DNA from: Thermoproteota archaeon
GTDB taxonomy: Archaea; Korarchaeota; Korarchaeia; Korarchaeales; Korarchaeaceae
Direction of reading: 5' to 3'
NCBI GenBank assembly: GCA_027491395.1
Contig: JAOZFI010000043.1
Coordinates: forward strand, 32,001 to 96,000
Length of the DNA stretch: 64,000 nucleotides
Shown here: in pieces, positions 37,958-48,207 of the stretch
Numbering within the stretch: position 1 is the first letter of the stretch
Layout: the number at the start of each line of letters is the position of its first letter
The notes under the pieces: model-generated
The model's database searches: none
Told to the model about the DNA's origin: nothing
The model's input: the letters and a program-made list of their open reading frames with translations, nothing else
Program-made: the position numbers and the translations under genes

Positions 37958-39301
37958 TCACATAGCTACGACCTTCTCCACTTCTCTCAAAAACTCCTCA
38001 GCTTTGGAGCGGTCGTCCGATTCCACGAGGACCCTTATCTTGGGTTCTGTCTTGGAAGGGCGTATCAGTCCCCAGACCTCCAGGTCGGAGAGTCGAACTC
38101 CATCGGTCAGATCGATCTCCATACCTCTTCTCTCACCGAGAGATATGAGATCCCTCTTCAGCGAACTCCAGTCCCTCCTTTTCGGGAAGTTAGCTCTTAT
38201 CGTGTGATACTTGGGGAGCTCGGAAACCAGCTCGCTTATGCTTCTTTTCTTGGAGGCCATTATCTCTAGAATGAGTGCCGCAGCAAGAGGACCGTCCCTC
38301 CCCATGTGGAAATCAGGCAGTATGACCCCTCCGCAGCTCCCCTCACCGCCCACCGTAGCACCTATCTCCCTCATCTTATGAGCCACGTAGGCCTCGCCCA
38401 CGGGGGTTCTGTATATCTTAGCACCCCTCCTCCTCGCAATGTCATCGAACATCTTGGAAGAGGCCACGTTCACCACGAGAGAGCCTCCGCCTCTCCTCTC
38501 CAAGATGTAGTCGACGACCAGCGCGAGGGTGATGTCCTCGGATAGTACCTCTCCACTCTCAGTTACAAGGGTAAGCCTGTCAGCGTCGGTGTCATGAGCG
38601 AAACCCACATCCGCTCCGGTCGATACAACGACCTTGGACAGGTCTCGTAGAGTATCAGGCCTAGGTTCCATCTCCCTGACGAATATCCCGGGAGACGAGT
38701 TCAGCGTGTTGACCTTACATCCAAGTGATTGGAAGAGGTAGGGCGTGACATAAGCACCGGCACCCCCGTTGACATCCAGCACCACCTTGAAGCCCGCCTC
38801 TGAGATCACCTCGATGCTAACGAAGTTCAGTAGGTCCTCTAAGTAGTCCCCAGTGACATCTACGACCTCCTCCATGCCTATATCGTTCCAAGGAACCGAC
38901 CTGAATTCCTCCCTCTCGAACCTCTCCCTGAGCCTCTCCATGTCATCCGGATGGAGGAGGAGCCCACCTCTACCTATCAGCTTCAAGGCGTTCCATTCAG
39001 GGGGGTTGTGGCTGGCCGATATGATGATACCGCCATCCGCATCGTACCTCTCGACGGCCCATTCAATCGTGGGAGTCGGGGCTATGCCTATGTTGAGCAC
39101 ATTGACCCCCGCAGAGAGCAGGCCTGACACGACCGCCTTGTCCAGTACGTACCCGCTGGGTCTTGTGTCCCGCCCAACGACCACCAAACTTCCCTTTCCT
39201 AGTTCCCTACCGAAGATGTTGGCTATCTTCTCGACTATAACCGAGTCGATGCCATCTCCGAATATCCCCCTTATGCCAAGGGGTGTGAATATCAGGGTCA
39301 T
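37958..39301 (-). CDS. phosphohexomutase (phosphoglucosamine/phosphomanno-mutase)
   Basis: SASHNP catalytic Ser, DTDADR, GGE, RPS.TEP. Confidence 0.92.
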   Translation of the reverse strand: MTLIFTPLGIRGIFGDGIDSVIVEKIANIFGRELGKGSLVVVGRDTRPSGYVLDKAVVSGLLSAGVNVLNIGIAPTPTIEWAVERYDADGGIIISASHNPPEWNALKLIGRGGLLLHPDDMERLRERFEREEFRSVPWNDIGMEEVVDVTGDYLEDLLNFVSIEVISEAGFKVVLDVNGGAGAYVTPYLFQSLGCKVNTLNSSPGIFVREMEPRPDTLRDLSKVVVSTGADVGFAHDTDADRLTLVTESGEVLSEDITLALVVDYILERRGGGSLVVNVASSKMFDDIARRRGAKIYRTPVGEAYVAHKMREIGATVGGEGSCGGVILPDFHMGRDGPLAAALILEIMASKKRSISELVSELPKYHTIRANFPKRRDWSSLKRDLISLGERRGMEIDLTDGVRLSDLEVWGLIRPSKTEPKIRVLVESDDRSKAEEFLREVEKVVAM

Positions 39302-41307
39302 TCGATCACCTCCCCCGCTTCCTCGCCTTCACTCCCTTTCCACCCAATCCTCTCCTGTGAAAAGGACATGTAGGCCTTGACAGAGGGCAGGATCACTGAC
39401 AGCAGAATGATCACTCCGACGATGCTGGCTAGAGGCTCTAGCGGGCTCGACCTCATGATCACCACTAGGCTCGTCCCCATGATGTTGAGGACCCCTCCTA
39501 TGGCGAATCCCGCCACGAAGGGGACTGCAGTCTCCCAGAAGAACTCCTGACCCCCATATCTCCTAGTCAAATATCTGAGCAGGCTGGATATCATGTAGAG
39601 GATGGCGTATTGGGGTATCAAGAGGCCGAACAGCACTCCAACGGCGCTTATGCCCAGCCATGGTACGCCTCCCCTCAGCAGGAAGACGATAGCTCCTATT
39701 GCGAGACCCTCCAAGAAGTACTCCGGCTTCCATCCAGCTAAATCGCCCATCACAGAGAGGAGACCCACATTCGGGTAGATGGGGGAGGCCATATCTAATG
39801 GCTTCTTCGCCGCTCCCCAGGCGTGGAACGATACCAGTAGAAGGACTCCTCCCACCACGGCTCCAAACAGGAGTCCCATGAGCTGAGCCCTGAACATCTC
39901 CCTGGCCCTCATACCTATGGATTTAGCGTATTTGAAGCTCTCCACCGAGGCAGTGGGTTGAGCTGACACAGTGTCGGTCATCATGGCTGAAGACGCGCCC
40001 GAGAAGAACGCATCGGAGGAGGCGCGCTGGAACATGCCTGAAGCGAAGAACGCGTTGTCCACGATGCCCCTGATTCCCAAATCCACTGGGATTATCCAGT
40101 TACCCATTCCTATCGTCCACACGTAGCCGTGCCAGTACATGAGGTGCAGGATGACGAGCGCAAGGGCTATGAGCGGGCTGACCCCCAGAAGCATTATCAT
40201 AAGGGTGCTGGCGGCGAAGGTGAGCAACCATCCAATCACGAGCCACTTTCTCGTTAGGGGCTCGTCCTCCCAGGCCCTCCAGCTATCCCTTATATATCTG
40301 TACCCGAGTATGAGGGGGATGAGTCCCACAGCCAGATAGAGGCCCGTTGATATGTGATACCACGGAAGAGGCCCATTCACTGCAGCATTTGATGAGTAAA
40401 AAGCGAAATCATGCCCCGGTTCATAAGGCAAGAGACCCATTCTCACAAGTACGGGTGGAACCAAGAGGAAGGCCACTATGGCAGTCGCCCACATGGACAC
40501 CTGAATCTCTAAAGGTATGAGAAACGCCCAAGCCAGCAGATCCGGGGTTATCTGGGTCCCGGGGTCCATGCCAAAGGCTCCTCCTGGGAAGAACTGCTGA
40601 AGCCAAGGTGTCAGATCGATCCTCAGCTCGGCAGCCGGGAAGTCCTCCCATATCGCTTGGAGGAGGTGTCCCTTCTGGAAGAGGCTGATGCCGAATCCAG
40701 CTAATAAGCCGAGCCACAGCCACCTGAGACTCTCTCCCCTCTCCTTAACCAGTTGGGAGAACTTGGCACTGACCGTGGCCACTGGAAAGATGAGTTTCTC
40801 CTTCTCTAAGTAAAATCTCCTGAAGGGTATGATGTTGAGGTAGGAAAATAGGGACAGGATCACAGCGAAGAGGATGGCGTAAGTTAAGGGGGGTATCCAA
40901 GCAGACCAGTTGATCCTCCCGCCCAGCAGCAGGGCCCTCAGTGCTTCCTGATCCTTGGGAACTAGGAACTCGGGGAGTATTCCCCTCAAGGGGAAATCCT
41001 TTGCTAGCCCAGCTCTGGCCCAAGATGGCAGGATGTACTGCCAACCGACGAAGAGTACTGTGATGACCTCTATGGACCCGAATATGACACCCATTTCCCC
41101 GATAGACAAAGCATTTCCCTTCACAGTGGAGAGAGCGTAGGCCAAGGTGAGCACCACCAGAGCAGCCTCGCCGGTCCAGCTGTAGCCGGCTGCGCTCCTC
41201 ATGACCGTCTGGGCGAAGAGCATGAACAGGCCGAAGGCTAGGGAGAGAGTTATAGACCTGAAGGTGAATGCACCCCCAGTTAGACTACGTTCTTTCATTT
41301 CTTCCAA
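39298..41307 (-). CDS. OPT/DUF6785-like polytopic membrane protein (putative peptide transporter)
   Basis: Many TM segments, W..W..P and E.E.L.FP motifs. Confidence 0.6.
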   Translation of the reverse strand: MEEMKERSLTGGAFTFRSITLSLAFGLFMLFAQTVMRSAAGYSWTGEAALVVLTLAYALSTVKGNALSIGEMGVIFGSIEVITVLFVGWQYILPSWARAGLAKDFPLRGILPEFLVPKDQEALRALLLGGRINWSAWIPPLTYAILFAVILSLFSYLNIIPFRRFYLEKEKLIFPVATVSAKFSQLVKERGESLRWLWLGLLAGFGISLFQKGHLLQAIWEDFPAAELRIDLTPWLQQFFPGGAFGMDPGTQITPDLLAWAFLIPLEIQVSMWATAIVAFLLVPPVLVRMGLLPYEPGHDFAFYSSNAAVNGPLPWYHISTGLYLAVGLIPLILGYRYIRDSWRAWEDEPLTRKWLVIGWLLTFAASTLMIMLLGVSPLIALALVILHLMYWHGYVWTIGMGNWIIPVDLGIRGIVDNAFFASGMFQRASSDAFFSGASSAMMTDTVSAQPTASVESFKYAKSIGMRAREMFRAQLMGLLFGAVVGGVLLLVSFHAWGAAKKPLDMASPIYPNVGLLSVMGDLAGWKPEYFLEGLAIGAIVFLLRGGVPWLGISAVGVLFGLLIPQYAILYMISSLLRYLTRRYGGQEFFWETAVPFVAGFAIGGVLNIMGTSLVVIMRSSPLEPLASIVGVIILLSVILPSVKAYMSFSQERIGWKGSEGEEAGEVIE

Positions 41308-41329
41308 GAGATTCCCCTCCTCTCACACC

Positions 41330-42085
41330 CTAGATGATCAGTCCACCTTTAATACTTAGGTACTCGTCGGTCATCGACCGAGAGAAATCCCTCTTAACTC
41401 CTTCCGACTCCCTCAGGGTATCCACAACCTCCGGCAGGGGAAGCAGGTATCCCAGCAGGGAGATCATCTCGGCCTCCCTCCCCATCACTTTCACGGAGCT
41501 GAGAAGAACATTCACAGAGAAGATGGAGTGGGGAAAGGACACGGGCAGAAAGGCGCACAGATCTTGCAGGTATATATCTTCACCGGAGATACCAACCACC
41601 CTGGAGGATCTGAGGAGAGACTCTTTGACCTCCCCCAAGCTTAAATTTTCTCTCAGCTTCACGGCCAGACGGAATGCCCTGAAGTACGGGCAGCAAAACA
41701 GTTCGTCGCTTATCCCCTCGACGGAGATGTCCTGAAGGGGGAGACCCAAGGATAACCTCTCGAGCAGTACCTCATATGGCCTCACGACCATGCCGGAGCT
41801 GCCGTAAGAGATCCTTACGGAGTATTCCCTAGAGCTATACTCCAAGAAGGCATCGGTCCCCTCTATGAAATCATCTAGGAATCCAGAAACCTTTACCCCC
41901 ATCTCTTTGAAAGGCTCTAGGCTGGACTCACTGCAGTAGATATCCAATCTCTTGGAAATCGGTCTGGAGAATGGAGTTATATCGTGATTGTAGGCTCCGA
42001 TTACCTTGATGTCCGGCTGCCTCTCTAAACAGTCGGCAATGGGGATAGTATAGGGATCATGGCCCACTATCCCTACTCTCATCAT
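41330..42085 (-). CDS. degenerate type II GAPDH-like protein (catalytic motifs absent)
   Basis: Blocks resemble archaeal GAPDH at both termini; no GxGxxG, no SCNT; coupled to pgk. Confidence 0.7.
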   Translation of the reverse strand: MMRVGIVGHDPYTIPIADCLERQPDIKVIGAYNHDITPFSRPISKRLDIYCSESSLEPFKEMGVKVSGFLDDFIEGTDAFLEYSSREYSVRISYGSSGMVVRPYEVLLERLSLGLPLQDISVEGISDELFCCPYFRAFRLAVKLRENLSLGEVKESLLRSSRVVGISGEDIYLQDLCAFLPVSFPHSIFSVNVLLSSVKVMGREAEMISLLGYLLPLPEVVDTLRESEGVKRDFSRSMTDEYLSIKGGLII

Positions 42086-43299
42086 CTCCTACTACTCTCC
42101 CTGAGAGCGTCTACGGCTGGCAGGGGGAGGCCAGCTAGCCCGTAGAGCACGGCCCCGCCAGCCGTGTAAACCCTGCTACCCTTTATCCCGGCCATGTTGG
42201 CTGCAGTGCTAAGGTGCCCGCCGCAAAGTACGGACTCCTTTGCATACTTTTCCATGGCCTTAACTATCTCCAGAGTACCTCTCCGGGATTCTGGCCTCTC
42301 GAAGATGCCCATTGGACCGTTAGCCACGGCCAAATCGGCTCCCTTTAATCTCTCCTTATATATCTCTATAGTACCCGAGCCTATGTCTGTTATCTTGCCT
42401 TCCTCCGGTACGGCGTAAACTGGCACATTTTCCAAGCTACCGTCCCTCATCTTCACGACGAAGTCGACGGGGTAGAATACCCTACCCTCCCCCAGCTTCA
42501 GTATTTCTCTAGCGGCGGGCAGAAGGAGGTCCAAGTCCCTTATCTTCTTGAGATCCCCATTGAGCTTGTGACCCGCTGCATGGGCGATTATGATGCCAAG
42601 AAGCCCGCCAGTCAGGACCTCTGCCGCCTTCCCGTTCCTGATGGCGTGAACCATGACTTTCAACTTGTCACTAACCTTGGCACCTCCAAGTATGAATATC
42701 CTCCTCCCCTTGATCGCGTCGATCTCGGCCATCTCAGCTATCATCTTCTGCATGTTCCTCCCGGCCGCAGCTGGCATTAAATAAGGGAATGCGACCAGAG
42801 ATGGTTGACTCCTGTGCGCAGCCTGGAAGGCATCGTTGATGTATATATCGAAGAGAGGCGCCAGTCTCTGGACGAAGTGTGTCTTGATGAGATCCCGAGG
42901 GTCTCCCTCTATATTCTCCTCCGCCATGAACCTCAGGTTCTCCAGCAGGAGGACCTCACCTTGCCCTAGCTTCTTTATCTGCTCCCTTATCTCCTTGGAT
43001 ATGACGCCATCTACGTATCTGACCTCCAGATCCACCTCCTTACTGAGCTCTCGTGCGTGGGGTTCCGTGCTTATGAAATCGCTGCTTCCGGGTCTTCCTT
43101 GATGGGTGCCAATGACCACGGAGGACCCCCTCTCTATGAGTTCCTTGAGGGTCTTAGCTGCCTGCTTTATCTTCTCGTTGTTCATTATTTCTCCATTCTC
43201 CCCGATGGGGACATTCATATCAGCCCTTAGGAAGACCTTCTTGCCATCCAGAGAGAGATCATCAAGCGTCAAGACCTTCCTCGATCTCAAGGACGCCAC
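42082..43299 (-). CDS. pgk: phosphoglycerate kinase
   Basis: R.D.NVP, HQGRPG, LLENLRF, NDAF.AAHR, GGAK, NGPMG.FE. Confidence 0.95.
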   Translation of the reverse strand: MASLRSRKVLTLDDLSLDGKKVFLRADMNVPIGENGEIMNNEKIKQAAKTLKELIERGSSVVIGTHQGRPGSSDFISTEPHARELSKEVDLEVRYVDGVISKEIREQIKKLGQGEVLLLENLRFMAEENIEGDPRDLIKTHFVQRLAPLFDIYINDAFQAAHRSQPSLVAFPYLMPAAAGRNMQKMIAEMAEIDAIKGRRIFILGGAKVSDKLKVMVHAIRNGKAAEVLTGGLLGIIIAHAAGHKLNGDLKKIRDLDLLLPAAREILKLGEGRVFYPVDFVVKMRDGSLENVPVYAVPEEGKITDIGSGTIEIYKERLKGADLAVANGPMGIFERPESRRGTLEIVKAMEKYAKESVLCGGHLSTAANMAGIKGSRVYTAGGAVLYGLAGLPLPAVDALRESSRR

Positions 43300-43398
43300 C
43301 TCGCGGTTCTCCCTATTATGGAACCCGACCAGCGAAAAATTAAAAATTCATATAGTTTAGACCATACGCGCGTCATATTCAGTTAAAAGTATTGATAG

Positions 43399-44214
43399 TC
43401 ACTCGTTGAAGAACTCGTCCAAGGCTTCTCCGCAGGGACAAGATCTCTCGATTGGTATCTTCCCTACTGTCCTCCTGAGGATCTCTGAGAGATCGTTTAT
43501 CCTCTTGGAAAACGTCTCTAGGACTTCCTCATGTGTGAGTTTCACCCTGCCGCCTACGCCTGCCGCGTAGTTAGTTACCACGGAAATGCTAGCGTAGCAC
43601 ATGGCAAGCTCTCTAGCGAGCGCAGCCTCGGGACACCCGGTCATCCCAACTATGTCACCGCCCAAGATCCTCATGGCTCTTATCTCAGCTGGTGTCTCAA
43701 ACCGGTTTCCCTCTGCGCACACGTAAACACCCTTATCTACAGTCTCCAAACCCAGCTCCTGAGCCGCCTCCTTTAAGGCTCCCCTTATCTCCGGGCAATA
43801 GGTATGGGGTGTCATGGATACGTGTACCACTCCCCCCACTTCCCTTCCCCTGACCTTGAGAATTGTTTTTCCATCATAGAACGTTACCTCCCTACATTTA
43901 GTTAAATCTATGAAATCATCGGGGATCACGAAGGTACCGGGAGCCAGCTCTGGGTCGATCGCCCCCACAGCGTTAGTGGCCATGATCCTCTCAACCTCTA
44001 ACAGGTTCAGAGCGTATAGATTAGCCCTGTAATTAACTTTGAAGGGAGGGATCTCGTGCTTCTCACCGTGTCTGGGTATGAATGCTATCTCCTCTCCCCC
44101 GAACTCCCCTAGGAAGACCGTCACATCACCGAAAGGGGTGCCCAGTATTCTTCTAACAGGACTTTCCAGCAACCTGTAAATACCACTGCCTCCTATTATC
44201 CCTACTCTTACCAT
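43399..44214 (-). CDS. MTAP-family purine nucleoside phosphorylase (likely 6-oxopurine/methylthioinosine type)
   Basis: GIIGGSG, RHG..H, EG.RFET.AE, GMT..PE; VTNYAAG rather than VTDYD. Confidence 0.88.
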   Translation of the reverse strand: MVRVGIIGGSGIYRLLESPVRRILGTPFGDVTVFLGEFGGEEIAFIPRHGEKHEIPPFKVNYRANLYALNLLEVERIMATNAVGAIDPELAPGTFVIPDDFIDLTKCREVTFYDGKTILKVRGREVGGVVHVSMTPHTYCPEIRGALKEAAQELGLETVDKGVYVCAEGNRFETPAEIRAMRILGGDIVGMTGCPEAALARELAMCYASISVVTNYAAGVGGRVKLTHEEVLETFSKRINDLSEILRRTVGKIPIERSCPCGEALDEFFNE

Positions 44215-44260
44215 ATTGGGCCCTCTCTTAACTCCTTTGTTTTCTACAGGATGTGGTAAT

Positions 44261-44291
44261 TTTTATAACTCATGGTCGTCTATGACTCATG
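44261..44291 (+). promoter_or_regulatory. thermosome promoter: TATA box plus adjacent repeat element
   Basis: TTTTATAA followed by an imperfect palindrome and an ACTCATG direct repeat. Confidence 0.45.
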
Positions 44292-44339
44292 CCTGTATTT
44301 GGCAAGTGTAAAGTCGCATAGCACAGGAGGTGATTGTTG

Positions 44340-46001
44340 ATGGCCCTAGCGACCATTGGAGGAAGACCCGTTCTGATACTGAAGGAGGGAACCACTAGGA
44401 CCCGGGGTGAGGAGGCTAGGAGGATAAACATAATGGCTGCCCGCGCCATAGCGGATGCCGTGAAGACCACTCTCGGACCTAAGGGAATGGATAAGATGAT
44501 AGTCGACTCCCTAGGAGATATAACCATAAGCAACGACGGAGCCACCATCCTTCAGGAGATGGAGGTGGCTCATCCCGCCGCGAAGCTCATGGTCAATCTA
44601 GCCAAGGCTCAGGATAAGGAGGTAGGAGATGGCACCACCACCAGCGTTGTGCTGGCTGGGGAGCTCCTCACCGAGGCCGAGAACCTCCTCCAAAAGGACA
44701 TACACCCGACCATCATAATAGATGGATATGAGAAGGCCCTCAAGTTCGTGGAGCAGGAGCTGGAGAAGCTGGCCATAGAGGTCAATCCCGACGATGAGGA
44801 GTGGCTGAAGAAGGTCGCCGAGACTGCGATGAGCAGCAAGCTCATAAGTGCTGAGAAGAAGAGGCTGGCAGAGATCGCCGTGAAGGCCGTCAAGGCCGTC
44901 GAGGAGAGGAAGGGAGACAAGAGGTACGTGGATATAGATAATGTGAAGATAGTCAAGAAGAAGGGAGGAAGCCTCTCAGACGCCGAGTTCATAAGGGGCG
45001 TCGTTCTCGACAAGGAGGTAGTCCACAGGGACATGCCCAAGAGGGTGAAGGACGCTAAGATAGCTATACTCAACCTCTCTCTAGAGATAAAGAAGCCCGA
45101 AATAGACTTGGAGATCCAGATATCCTCGCCCCAAGAGCTCAGGGAGTTCATAGAGCAGGAGACTAGGATACTCAAGGAGAAGGTGGAGAAGATAGCCGCC
45201 ACCGGAGCGAACGTTGTGTTCTGCCAGAAGGGGATAGACGAGGTGGCCCAGCACTTCCTAGCGAAGCACGGCATAATGGCCGTGAGGAGGGTCAGCGAGA
45301 AGGACATGCAGAGGATAGAGAAGGCTACCGGTGGGAAGATAGTGAACAACTTGGACGACCTCACCGAGGCAGAACTGGGTCACGCTGGCTTGGTCGAAGA
45401 GAGGAAGATAGGAGATGACAGGATGATCTTCATACAGGAGTGCGAGAACCCCAAGGCCGTGACCATACTCCTCAGGGCTGGCGCTGACACCATACTGGAT
45501 GAAGCCGAGAGGGGACTGAAGGATGCCCTTTACGTGGTGAGGAATGTCGTGGAGGACGGCAAGGTGTTCTATGGAGGCGGCTCCATACAGGCCGAGCTGG
45601 CCCTTAGGCTGAGGGACTATGCCCACACCGAGAAGAGCAAGGAGCAACTGGCCATGGAGGCCTTCGCCAACGCACTAGAGAGTATACCTAGGATACTAGC
45701 CGAGAACTCCGGGATGGACGCCGTGGATGCCTTGGTGGAGATAAGGAACGCCCACAAGTCCGGGAACATATTCGTCGGTATAGATGCGGTGAACAGCAAG
45801 ATAGCGGACATGAAGGAGCTGGGCGTGGTCGACACCTACAGAGGGGTCAAGAACGCCGTAGCTGCTGCCACCGAGACTGCTATACTGATAATTAAGACCG
45901 ATGACATAATAGCGGCGAAGCCCTACGAGGAGAAGGGCAAGGGCAAGGGCGAGGAAGGAGAAGAGGAAGGAGGCAGTGAGTTTAAATCTGAGTTCGACTG
46001 A
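44340..46001 (+). CDS. thermosome (group II chaperonin) subunit
   Basis: TTLGPKGMDKM, NDGATIL, GDGTTTS, acidic C-terminal tail. Confidence 0.97.
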   Translation: MALATIGGRPVLILKEGTTRTRGEEARRINIMAARAIADAVKTTLGPKGMDKMIVDSLGDITISNDGATILQEMEVAHPAAKLMVNLAKAQDKEVGDGTTTSVVLAGELLTEAENLLQKDIHPTIIIDGYEKALKFVEQELEKLAIEVNPDDEEWLKKVAETAMSSKLISAEKKRLAEIAVKAVKAVEERKGDKRYVDIDNVKIVKKKGGSLSDAEFIRGVVLDKEVVHRDMPKRVKDAKIAILNLSLEIKKPEIDLEIQISSPQELREFIEQETRILKEKVEKIAATGANVVFCQKGIDEVAQHFLAKHGIMAVRRVSEKDMQRIEKATGGKIVNNLDDLTEAELGHAGLVEERKIGDDRMIFIQECENPKAVTILLRAGADTILDEAERGLKDALYVVRNVVEDGKVFYGGGSIQAELALRLRDYAHTEKSKEQLAMEAFANALESIPRILAENSGMDAVDALVEIRNAHKSGNIFVGIDAVNSKIADMKELGVVDTYRGVKNAVAAATETAILIIKTDDIIAAKPYEEKGKGKGEEGEEEGGSEFKSEFD

Positions 46002-46010
46002 AAACGCGGG

Positions 46011-46895
46011 ATGAAGCTAGTAGACCGGAAAAGTGGAAAGATCCTAGGCATAAACGCCTTCGATCTTTTTTTAATCTTGATAATTATTGCATTCGCTGGC
46101 TATTATGCCTACGAGAACCTGCTTCCCCCACCCCAAGAGGTCAACGCCTACTCTGGCCTTAATATCAGGAATGCGGCCCTAGAATTCACCAGACTCTCCA
46201 CCATGGGTTACATAGTCGAGGCGAGGATAGACGGGGTGTGGACCGCTAATAGGACGGAGTTCCACGATGATGTTCTCATAACTTGGTCTTACGAGACGAG
46301 ACTCTTCGGATGGTACAAAGGAAGGAGGATAACTATCGGAGGTCCTAACGCCTACGTGGAGGACATAGCCGCCTCGAAGATAACCTTCAAGACGACTGCT
46401 CCCTCGGTCATCAGGATATACACCTACCCGATAAAGGCAGACAGCCTCAGCGAGATAGCGGACAAGTTGGAGGAAATAAGCGGAAAGGTAGCGGGGGAGT
46501 ATGGCGTCAGGGATATAAAAGCTAGGTCCTCGCTGGTCATTGACGTTCCCGGGCTCCAGCCAAACGCATACCTCTACACTCAGCTGAAGTGGAAGATCTA
46601 CGAGAGGATCCCTTGGGGCTTCATCTACGTTTACTTGGGAGATTCCTTCATAACCATGAAGTTCGACTACACGCAGAAGGTGTCCCTCACATCCGATGAT
46701 CTAAGGGAGATCGATTCCATACTCAGGGAGCTGGGAGTGAACTACACCAACGCAATGTTGGATGCCGCCTACGTATACATCGGTACGGAGGAACCTCTCA
46801 CAGGGATCTCGGTATACGCCAACCTGTTAGATAACGCGAGACCCCTATCTGATGCCATAGATGTGACTAGGCTGACGTTCATCCCCAAGCCATAG
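46011..46895 (+). CDS. membrane-anchored protein with DUF4330-like N-terminus
   Basis: MKLVD.K.GKI.GIN.FD followed by a single TM and a soluble domain. Confidence 0.6.
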   Translation: MKLVDRKSGKILGINAFDLFLILIIIAFAGYYAYENLLPPPQEVNAYSGLNIRNAALEFTRLSTMGYIVEARIDGVWTANRTEFHDDVLITWSYETRLFGWYKGRRITIGGPNAYVEDIAASKITFKTTAPSVIRIYTYPIKADSLSEIADKLEEISGKVAGEYGVRDIKARSSLVIDVPGLQPNAYLYTQLKWKIYERIPWGFIYVYLGDSFITMKFDYTQKVSLTSDDLREIDSILRELGVNYTNAMLDAAYVYIGTEEPLTGISVYANLLDNARPLSDAIDVTRLTFIPKP

Positions 46896-46905
46896 GGGGG
46901 TCGTT

Positions 46906-48207
46906 TTGCTAGTTTCCTTCCTATTGAGATCGTTCAATACCTCCATCTTGGGGAGGATGTGGCGGAGGCTCGGCATACCCGAACTGGTCAGAACCAGTCT
47001 AACCTACAAGCTCCTCGTCGCCTCATATGAAATCCTCTCGTCAGCAGCTCGGTCCTCCATCTTCCTGAGAGCCCTCGAGAGGATCTGCAACTTCATTAAC
47101 TCAATCATCTCAGGGATAAGCATGCTACCGCGTTGGAGGATGGATCTCCCGGTGGAGAGGTTAGTAGGGATACTGCTCTCTCCGTGGATGCTCCCTATGG
47201 GTCTTCTCATGTTCTTCTGGTCGTCGATGGTCCGGGTCTCAACCCCAACCATGATCCTAATTTATTTCACCGCACTCGTGATGGCCTCGGGGATATTCCT
47301 AGCCTATAAGGAGGAAGACCTTCGCGTTATCGATAACAGGGGGAAAGTTGTCCTCCTAGGTGCCGCCATGTTCCTGCTAGGTTATATAGCTTTCATAATA
47401 CAGATATCTAGGGTGGGAGGCCTCCCTCTCTTGAACGATGAACTCAGGAGGGGTTTGTCTCCTCTCCTCAACTACTTGGCTTGGACCACCGTTCCCGGCA
47501 CTGCATTTCTCCTTTCCTCGTTGGATTTGAGGAAATGCGAGGCCTACTCATTGACCCTGATGGGGTTTATTCCCTCGTTTTTCTTGGCCTTCAGGACTGA
47601 GATGATAGCTTATATATTGATGGCCCTCGTCGTCCTTTATCACAGGAAGGTGGTCGACTACAAACAAGTTTTCCTAGGACTACTGGTGGCTGCCGCTTTT
47701 TTCCTTGGAGTAGGTGCGATCAGATCGCTGACCACGGGTCTGGCCCAGAACCCACTTCTCTCGGTTCTCTACAGGCCGACCATCACGATAGCGGCCCTCG
47801 ACACGATAGTCAGGCTCTACGCCCTAAGACCGGTTACCGGTGGGTGGGTGCATCTAGCAGCTCTATCCTCATTAGGACTAATCAGGGGTACGCGTTACGG
47901 CCCTAGAACCCTGATAAGCATCTATGTAGGAGGCAGGAGAACCGTGTCCACCACGGCGACCTTGATAGGCGGGCCTCTCTTGGACTGGGGGATATTAGGA
48001 GCGGTAGCAGCTTCCCTCATTTTCTCTTACCTACTGGCCCTAGCTTACAGGTTCTCCAAGAAAGCGGACTACCTGCTCGGCCCCTATTCTGTGCTGTTCG
48101 CCTACTTGGTCGTCGGGATAGAGACGGGGATACTGGATATCAACGTATACCTCTACCTCCTTATTGCCGTGATGGTTCTTCTCACCTCCCTGAGGCCGGA
48201 GAAATGA
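46906..48207 (+). CDS. oligosaccharide repeat-unit polymerase (Wzy-like)
   Basis: GGLPL....R, .FRT, T.TL.G...LD.G..G motifs; about 10 TM. Confidence 0.75.
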   Translation: MLVSFLLRSFNTSILGRMWRRLGIPELVRTSLTYKLLVASYEILSSAARSSIFLRALERICNFINSIISGISMLPRWRMDLPVERLVGILLSPWMLPMGLLMFFWSSMVRVSTPTMILIYFTALVMASGIFLAYKEEDLRVIDNRGKVVLLGAAMFLLGYIAFIIQISRVGGLPLLNDELRRGLSPLLNYLAWTTVPGTAFLLSSLDLRKCEAYSLTLMGFIPSFFLAFRTEMIAYILMALVVLYHRKVVDYKQVFLGLLVAAAFFLGVGAIRSLTTGLAQNPLLSVLYRPTITIAALDTIVRLYALRPVTGGWVHLAALSSLGLIRGTRYGPRTLISIYVGGRRTVSTTATLIGGPLLDWGILGAVAASLIFSYLLALAYRFSKKADYLLGPYSVLFAYLVVGIETGILDINVYLYLLIAVMVLLTSLRPEK

